64,000 nt of DNA from the human T2T-CHM13v2.0 reference genome, Homo sapiens. Location: assembly GCF_009914755.1 (NCBI RefSeq), contig NC_060947.1. One strand, written 5' to 3'. The notes beneath the pieces are model-generated. The model was not told the DNA's origin and ran no database searches. It saw nothing but the letters and a program-made list of their open reading frames with translations. Both the position numbers and the translations under genes were made by a program. Each line of letters begins with the position of its first letter. Positions within the stretch are counted from its first letter, which is position 1. Shown in pieces: positions 55,731-64,000 of the stretch.

Positions 55731-57921
55731 CGGCATAGCAAATGCCTTCACTGCACCTCATTGCCCTGGGCTTTAATGGTATTTGGTGTTCCTAGTTCTG
55801 GCTTCCCACAACATATGTATTGACCAACTTCTATACAGCCATTACTTTTTTGGGGCGGTCTTCCCTGACCCTAATTTAATGGAGTCTCTAAAGTGGCCAC
55901 CTATACACTCAGGTTGCATTCTTGTAGTGTTTATTAAATTTCAGTGTTTTGTTTATCTCTGTGTGGCTTGATGGTGGACTCCTTGTGGATAGTAGCTCAT
56001 TTTCTTGGCCAGCGCTGTGCTGTATCCCACATACAGACAACAGGGCCTGGAAGACCCTTAGTTTTTGGTGAAAGGCTTAAATGACAAGTTCAGGCTCTTA
56101 AAAGATGAGGTAATTCGACAATATGGGGCTGAATGAGGAGAAATCTGCATATGAGCAAGACAGGAAGAATCTCTCTGCATTGCCAGAAAATTGCATGTCT
56201 ACGAATGCCTCCCAACCAGATAGCACAGAGTTTCAGACACAGGTAAGGCATACAGTTCCATCAGGCTGGATGCTAATATAGAAAAATGCCAGAAATGGAA
56301 TAAGAGAGTGTCCAGAATGTATAAATGTCATACACTCGGGTTGTGCTGATTCTAGTTGACAGACAGAATTAGGGACTGAAAAAGCAGGTATGAACCATTT
56401 CAAATACACTACACTCATGAAAGCTGTTAATAAGCCAGTTCTTTGTATGTCAGTGCTTCCTAACTGCACAGCAACCAAGAGGAATTTGAGCTTCCTACTC
56501 CTATATCCATCTCCATTAGAATAGTGTAAGCCATTCTTTAAACATTAAAACCAGGCACCCACATCCTTCTTGCTCATAAATGTTCTGTCTTAGCCCATGC
56601 CTAAAGCATGCCAATTTCATCAATATTCACTTTAGACTGAGCCAGGTGAGGTCTATTCTTGCAGTTTCCCTGATAGAATTTCTGTGGAGTCCTTCTCAAC
56701 ATCTGTGACATCAGAATGGTGCTTTGGAATTCTCCTTTTGTTACTCTGAGTTGAACAGTCCTCAACTCTTGACCATCTGTGGCATCAACAGAACATAGGC
56801 CAAACTGAGCCCTGATGAACTGAAGCCTGCTCTTCAACAGGCTTGGAGCTAACAGCCGTCTGACACGAACACAGATCTGGTCTTATACTGGAAGTGAATT
56901 TAAAAAATCTTCAACGATTTTCCTTCACTCTTTCTGATTTGTCGATTGCACAAGCTCAGCACTTTCTACTTGCTATACGATTCTGTCTTAGTCCCTAAGG
57001 GTTATTCCATCTTTCGATTTATTGTATAAGCCATGATACATTCATCATTTTCTCACTCCTTGGATTTCATTACCTACTTTTACTTCCGTTGTAACCAGAA
57101 CCTTCTTCAACTCTCATTTTCAACACTCTTGACATTTTTTTCTGCTTCCCAGACATAAGCAAGTTAGTTTTGTTCTGTAACATCTCAAAGGAACTCTGAG
57201 ACAGGGGTCTGAAACTCTAGTGTGGCCAGGGTCCCAGAAAGGAAAATTGATGTGAAAAGCAATATGGGTGAGAAAATCCCACAACAGAACAAGCACAGAG
57301 GTGAATACCCCACAATTGGGCATCAAGGAGAGAACAGGAATGTTGAGCTAGTGGAAGTTGCCTACTGGTTTCTAAGGCAATATGTCCTTTGGCATGCTGT
57401 AATATTATTTTTAACAAAAATGTAGACATGGAGCATGAAAATGAACTAACAGTGTAAACGGAAGCTAGGTGAAACCCTTATCAAAGACCCAGAAATGCAT
57501 GTACCAAACTAACTGTGAAATACAACCAAACCAAACCAAACCAAACCAAAACAAAACAAAACTGTTTGAATTATAAAATTTGAGAGTCACGAAACAAGAT
57601 GAAGAAATTGACTTTGCCGTGCCAAATATATATTTTGTTTTCTGTGGTGTTTAGGCAATTTTCACAAGACATCTTTATTAAATTTCACCGGTCTCTCTGA
57701 TGAACTTTTGGACATTACTACTTTTTGAGATAAATTTTTGAATTTCTAAATTTCTTTATAAATATGTAGGGGCACCACGGTTTTGACGATTTCTATACTG
57801 GTGGTATAGATCTTTGTTTTAAGGATTATAATAGCAATTTTATCCGTTCACTTAGTTAGGATTAAATTCTGGGCAATTCGTTCTTAGCAACCAGTCTCGA
57901 AAGTGTGATTATACAAGAAGC

Positions 57922-58051
57922 AGCCAGGCGTGGTGGGGCTCACCTGTGGTCCCAGTCTTTGGGAGGCTAACATGGAAGGATCACTTGAGCCCAGGAGTTT
58001 GAGTCTAGCCTGGGCAACACAGTGAGACCTCAACTCTTAAAAAAAAAAAAA
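57922..58051 (+). mobile_element. FLAM / Alu left monomer
   Basis: Single arm with a poly-A tail. Confidence 0.85.
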
Positions 58052-58859
58052 GTATAAATTAAATATACAATGACATGAATAGGAGATTGACTATCAGAAG
58101 ACACCATTTGGGAGACAGCTATAGCACTCCTTCATGGGTAACCTTGATAAAGACCACATGAAACACTGAGTGGTTATTATACAAGGCTGTCTGCTAAACA
58201 GCCTCCTTTTATCAGCTCATTTAATTATCTTATCCATTGGGGGGTGGCAAAACTGTGTTTCCTCTCTTCTCTCACTTAATGGATGAAGAAACGAAGACTC
58301 AGATGGGTTAGCTGATTCACACGACAGAGTACTTGGTGCTGCTGGAATTAACTGTGAAGTCATGCTCTCAAATGCACCCATAAGCCACCTAACATTTTTT
58401 AGCTTATTCTCTCATCTTCTCTGTTAAACAAAAATCCACCTGCTTTCACAACATTTTTGGGATCAATTAATACTTATTAAAGTGGGCTAAACCTCAAACC
58501 ACTCTGAGAGTAGGAAGCATTATATTTGTTATTTTAAATTTACAGGCAAATTTTCCACCTGCATTGGAAAACACAGTCTCACCAAAGAGCCAGGACAAGA
58601 CTTCTTTTCAGGGCCCTCTTCCTGGTTGATAATCCCACCCAGCAAAACCAAATGCAATGCTGACAAAACTTGACATCTGAACTGAGAGAATTTGGGGTAC
58701 GTGCATACTCCCATTAATTAGAGCTGCTTGATGTAGAGTGATGTTTCCAAAAGCATTCTATTGGAACAATAGTTTCTCAAAATCATTTGAGTTCAAAGGA
58801 TCTATGGCAAAAACAAAAAAAAATAAAGCTTAGAAAACATAGCACATAATAATTGTTTC

Positions 58860-59155
58860 AGCCAGGTTTGGTGGCTCACACCTGTAATCCCAGCACTTTG
58901 GGAGCCCGAGACAGACAGAATATTTGAGATCAGGAGTTCGAATCCAGCCTGGCCAACATGCTGCAACCCTGTCTCTACTAAAAATACAAAAATTAGCTGG
59001 GCATGGTGGTGTGCGCCTGTAATATCAGCTACTCAGGAGGCTGAGGCAAGAGAATTGCTTGTACCTGGGAGGCAGAGGTTGCAGTGAGCTGAGATCACAC
59101 CACTGCACTCCAGCCTGGGTGACAGAGCAAGACTCTGTCTCAAAAAAAAAAAAAA
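58860..59155 (+). mobile_element. AluS
   Basis: Full dimer with poly-A. Confidence 0.95.
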
Positions 59156-59257
59156 TCCTTGTAGATTCATAACACACATAATACACAAATAACACACAAG
59201 ATTATGCAAAGTGCTAAGGTTGTTGAAAACATAGGTGTTTAACTATATATATTTTTT

Positions 59258-59600
59258 GGTTTACACAACAGACATTTGTTTCTCTCGTTTCTCACAGTTC
59301 TAGAGGCTGGAATTTCAAGACCAAGTTGTTAGTAGGGTTGGTTTCTCCTGAGACCTCTCTCCTTGGCTTGTAGATGCCATCTCCTCCCTGTGTCCTCATG
59401 TGGCTGACACTCTGTGTGTGTCTGTGTCCTAATCTCCTCTTACTATAAAAACACAAGTCACATTGGATTAGAGTCCACCCCATGACATCATTTTACCATA
59501 ATTACCTCATTAAACGCCCTGTCTTCAAATGCATTCTGAGGTACTGCGGGTTTTGACTTCAGCATATGAATTTGTCAGGGGCCCAGTTGAGCCCATAACA
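59258..59600 (-). mobile_element. MLT1A-like LTR (MaLR)
   Basis: 'ctcacagttctagaggctgg...ttctgaggtactg...gcccataaca'. Confidence 0.78.
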
Positions 59601-60815
59601 CATCCCCATTAACATTCTATAGGAATAATACTCCTAAGACAATGGCTTTGAGACGCTGATCTTGAGGACTATCAAGACATCCCACAGTTACTCTAAAAGT
59701 GATCTGCAGAGATTTGAATGACCCATAACTATCTGACCATGTAAAGCCATCAGTTTCTCTTAGAGGTAATTGCCAAAAAAATTAATAGGCTCTAATAACC
59801 CTCCCTCATCAAGTTTGTGGTATTCTTCTTTAAAAAAGTTATTTCTGAAAAAATAAGCCCTTCAAGATGATCCTAAATGTTATTTAAGAATAGAATCTAC
59901 CACCCAAATATTCACAACAATGCCAGTATCTTGTTTGGTATTCTATGATTGTAAAAGTCTTCAGCATATACTTGGTTCATTCAGTCAGACCTTGTGATTA
60001 TAACTCAAAGGATCTCTGAGTCCTGGGTTCCCTGGAACTATCAGAGACAGAGACAGAGAGCGAGAGAGACAGAGAGAGACAGAGAGAGAGAGGGAGGGAA
60101 GATGTCCTGAGTTATGCTCTATGATTAAAGCAATTATTGGATTAACTATAAATCCAGCTGGATAAATTCTGAAAGAGGAAAATCCTTTTAACTTCCCTTT
60201 GCCTCTAATGAATCTGCATATCTTTTATTATTTTTTCCTTGAACTCATATTTATCTGCCAAGAATAATGCTGAGAACTGGCCACGCTTGCAATCGTTGAA
60301 TGGAAACACCCCCTTCTGAAAATCCACGAGACTGATTCTCCACAAAAGCCTTCTGTGTGAAATAACAGCCAGTCAATCAGAAATTATTGGTGAAAGTAAA
60401 AGTTGGTCATATGACTTGACTAGGCTACTTACTGGTAGGCTAGTGTCCTGTGTGAATTGGTAGGTAGTGGCATAGTTGGGAAACACAGCAGTTTCCCTTA
60501 CCGGAAATTGTAAGAAGTTTTTTGAGAAGAAGAACCTTTTCTATTCACAAGTGGGATGAAAGCAAGTTGAAAAGTGTCAACTTGTTTCTGCATTCATGAG
60601 ATCCATAAGAACCAACATAGAAGAGTCGGGGGATGGACAATAAGAGCTTGTATTCATTCACCTTAAGCAACCATGGGCATAGCTAAGTGTTGTCTGCCTC
60701 ACTCGAGTGGGTTATTAAGAACCCAGCAAAATAGCAAAGTGATCCAAAGAGGTCAAAGGACCCAGCATTATACCTTAATCACCTACCTTCTTAATTGTTC
60801 TAAAAGAGTACTCTT

Positions 60816-61142
<327 letters not shown>

Positions 61143-61240
61143 TTACAACAGTTTCCTCTTGGTTTCCCAAAGAACAAGCTCATTACCTTAGTGGTTTAGT
61201 GAAAAATCCAGACTACTTTTATTTTTAAATGTTACTTACT

Positions 61241-61689
61241 AGCACTATTCACAATAGCAAAGACATAGAACTCAAATGCCCATCAGTGATAGACTGGATA
61301 AAGAAAATGTGGTACATGTACAGCATGGAATACTATGCAGCCATAAAAAGGAATTAGATCATGTCCTTTGCAGAGAAATGAATGAAGCTGGAAGCCATCA
61401 TCCTCAGCAAACTAACACAGGAACAGAAAACTAAACACTGCATGTTCTCACTCATAAGTGGGAGCTGAACAATGAGAACACATGGACACAAGGAGGGAAA
61501 CAACACACACTGGGGCCTGCAGGGAGGGTCGGGGAGAGAGAGCATTAGGGTAAATAGCTAATGCATGCCGGGCTTAATACCTAGGTGATGGGTTGATAGG
61601 TGCCGCAAACCACCATGGCACATGTTTACCTATGAAGCAAACCTGCACTTTCTGCACTTGTATCCTGGAATTTAAAATAATTTTTTAAA
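61241..61689 (+). mobile_element. L1PA 3' end, 5'-truncated
   Basis: 'ctggataaagaaaatgtggtac...gcaaaccaccatggcacatg'. TSD aaatgttacttact (61227-61240) / aaatgttgcttact (61690-61703). Confidence 0.9.
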
Positions 61690-62449
61690 AAATGTTGCTT
61701 ACTGACACATTGATACAAGGAGCTGTATTTATGAATCTGTATTCCTGATTTCTCTATAAGTTGAAACCAGAAAACAAGCCTCAAAGCCTTCCAAAATCAG
61801 GAAAGCCAATTTATTTGTATGCAATATAATCACCTACCATGTGAAATGCCTGGAATTCAGCATTATACTTTTCTGGAGGACATAATGATGATTGTATAAT
61901 GCTACTGAAATTGTTGAATGTAGAACTCTCAAATCACTCAATAAGTCTCTACTATTTAAGCATTCATTTGAATCCATTGAATATGTATATCTTTTCTTTA
62001 GCACATTTGAGTTTATATGTAGGATTCATCGTGTGGAAAAATAGTTAAGCAAATAGTTTCTTGTTAATACCTGAAATAATAACTTCTTGCATGTCAATGG
62101 TTTGAAGCGGTGCAGAATATAGGAAAAAATGTACACTATCGTCAATGTTATAAACTGGAGACAGACAAACTGCATCAGGTATGCATTGTTCGAATCAAAG
62201 AAGGCAAATGTTGTAATAAGTAGAGTGCAATGTTGTGTGTTGGAGATAGGGAAGACATTATCAGAATCTGTAGCCTCAGAAACGTCTTCTCAATCTTCTG
62301 TTGTCCAGTTTATTCCTCTTGTCTATGCCATGAACTGAAGAGTCATGATAATTTATCCTCCTTCTTCTATGATTAGTAACTCTTCCTTTCAGCTTCAAAG
62401 TGCTCTCTCTTTCTCTTTGTTTCATACACATCCTTTATTATTTTATATT

Positions 62450-62710
62450 CTCATGCATTCATTCAGATACTCATCCACTCATCCATCTGTCCTGATTCCA
62501 ATTATCCATCTGTTTACCTAAAATTTATTAAGCACCTTCTTTGAGCTGGGCATTTTATTAAGGACTGCATAGATAAAGAGAAAGTCATCTATTCAACAGC
62601 AGTGCCAATGTTGTAAGCAGTGGGAATTGTGCAGCAAAGCACAACCAAAAAAAACAAAATGAAAAACCAAATTCCTACACTTATGAGATTTACATTTGAG
62701 TGGGATGACT
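62450..62710 (-). mobile_element. L2 3' fragment
   Basis: 'aaatttattaagcaccttct...gctgggcattttattaagg' is an antisense L2 end. Confidence 0.5.
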
Positions 62711-62772
62711 AGGGTGATGTTTTCGACCTCTCTGAGTTCAAAATCAACTTGGAACTGAGTTTTAAAAGTCTA

Positions 62773-63103
<331 letters not shown>

Positions 63104-63179
63104 CTATTGAGTACCATCTTAACTCTGAAGCTTAGAATGCAAGGCTATTTCAGAATTCAGCAGTCTCTATCTGGGCTCC

Positions 63180-63314
63180 ACCTCCCCCTGCCCCCTCCCC
63201 TTCCTCCTCCTCCTCCTCCTTCTTCCTCTTCCTCTTCCTCTTCTTCTTCTTTTTCTTCTTCTTCCTCTTCTTCTTCCTTCTTCTTCTTCTTCTTCTTCTT
63301 CCTCCTCCTCCTCT

Positions 63315-63346
<32 letters not shown>

Positions 63347-63690
63347 TAGGACAGTGGTCTCTTTATATTGCCCAGGCTGGTCACCAACTCCTGGCCTCAA
63401 GTAATCCTCCTGCCTCAGTCTCCCAAAGTGCTGGAATTGCAGGCATGACCCATCATTCCCAGCTCTGTTTGGCCCTTATTTTATCTTTACTCTCCTCTCC
63501 TTGCCTTTCCTCTCCTCTTTTCTTCTTTGTTCTCATCCTCCTCCTCCTCTTCCTTCCCCTCACCTCTTTTTTTTATTTCTCCTCCTCTTTCACATCTTCC
63601 TTCTTCTCCTCCTCTTTCTCCTCCTCCTTATTCATCTTTTTCTTCTCTCTCCTTCTCTTTCTTTCTCTTTCCCTGTCTCCTCTCTTACCC
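63180..63690. repeat. (CTT/CCT)n and polypyrimidine low-complexity tracts flanking an antisense FLAM/Alu monomer (about 63347-63463)
   Basis: Directly visible. Source of the poly-E and poly-S ORFs. Confidence 0.9.
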
Positions 63691-64000
63691 ACTTTTTCTC
63701 AATTTCTGCATGATATGAAGTGTTCAACCATGTTCCACGCTATGCCGTAATACTCCTTTGCTTTGCAAAGTCCATCTCTTCTCACCTGGAATGTCTTCCT
63801 ATTTCTAGCAAACGTAAGCTCCCTTTTTCTGGAACCCTTGCTTAACTATCTCAGGCAAACTTAGGTCTACCACAGTGAACAAAAACAAATCCCCTGCCCT
63901 GGGAAACGACATTTGTATGGGATTTCCCTGGTACTGTAGCTCATTTAAGTGCCTCAGTAATACAACTCAACTAAGCTGCATTGGATTTTTTTAAATGACT

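Noticed and set aside
56601-56837. 78-aa minus-strand ORF in unique sequence
   Set aside because: No recognisable homology and no convincing splice boundaries.
63107-63750. Poly-E, poly-S and poly-P ORFs
   Set aside because: Translations of (CTT/CCT)n simple repeats.

Overview
This is primate (human-like) nuclear non-coding DNA, not a prokaryotic or phage locus. It is AT-rich, CpG-depleted and dominated by interspersed repeats. These include about 22 Alu/FLAM copies, L1 fragments of several ages, L2 and MIR, solo LTRs (MER57A, MER11D, MER41B, MSTA/MSTB, MLT1, MLT2), hAT/Tc1 DNA-transposon fossils (Charlie1, MER20, MER58, MER5, MADE1) and many micro/minisatellites. I cannot support any protein-coding exon, RNA gene or CRISPR array. 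Many listed ORFs lie in Alu, L1, LTR or simple-repeat sequence, and the rest are short with no recognisable homology. I did not find a previously undescribed biological system. The best second-look items are three non-adjacent short direct duplications, a degenerate 14-unit minisatellite with a 3-unit higher-order repeat, a motif-rich repeat-free segment at about 44.5-47.3 kb next to a MER41B LTR that keeps one GAS site, and a minus-strand bias of LTRs and Alus suggesting an intron of a plus-strand transcript. Repeat subfamily names come from recalled consensus sequences and need RepeatMasker/Dfam confirmation.
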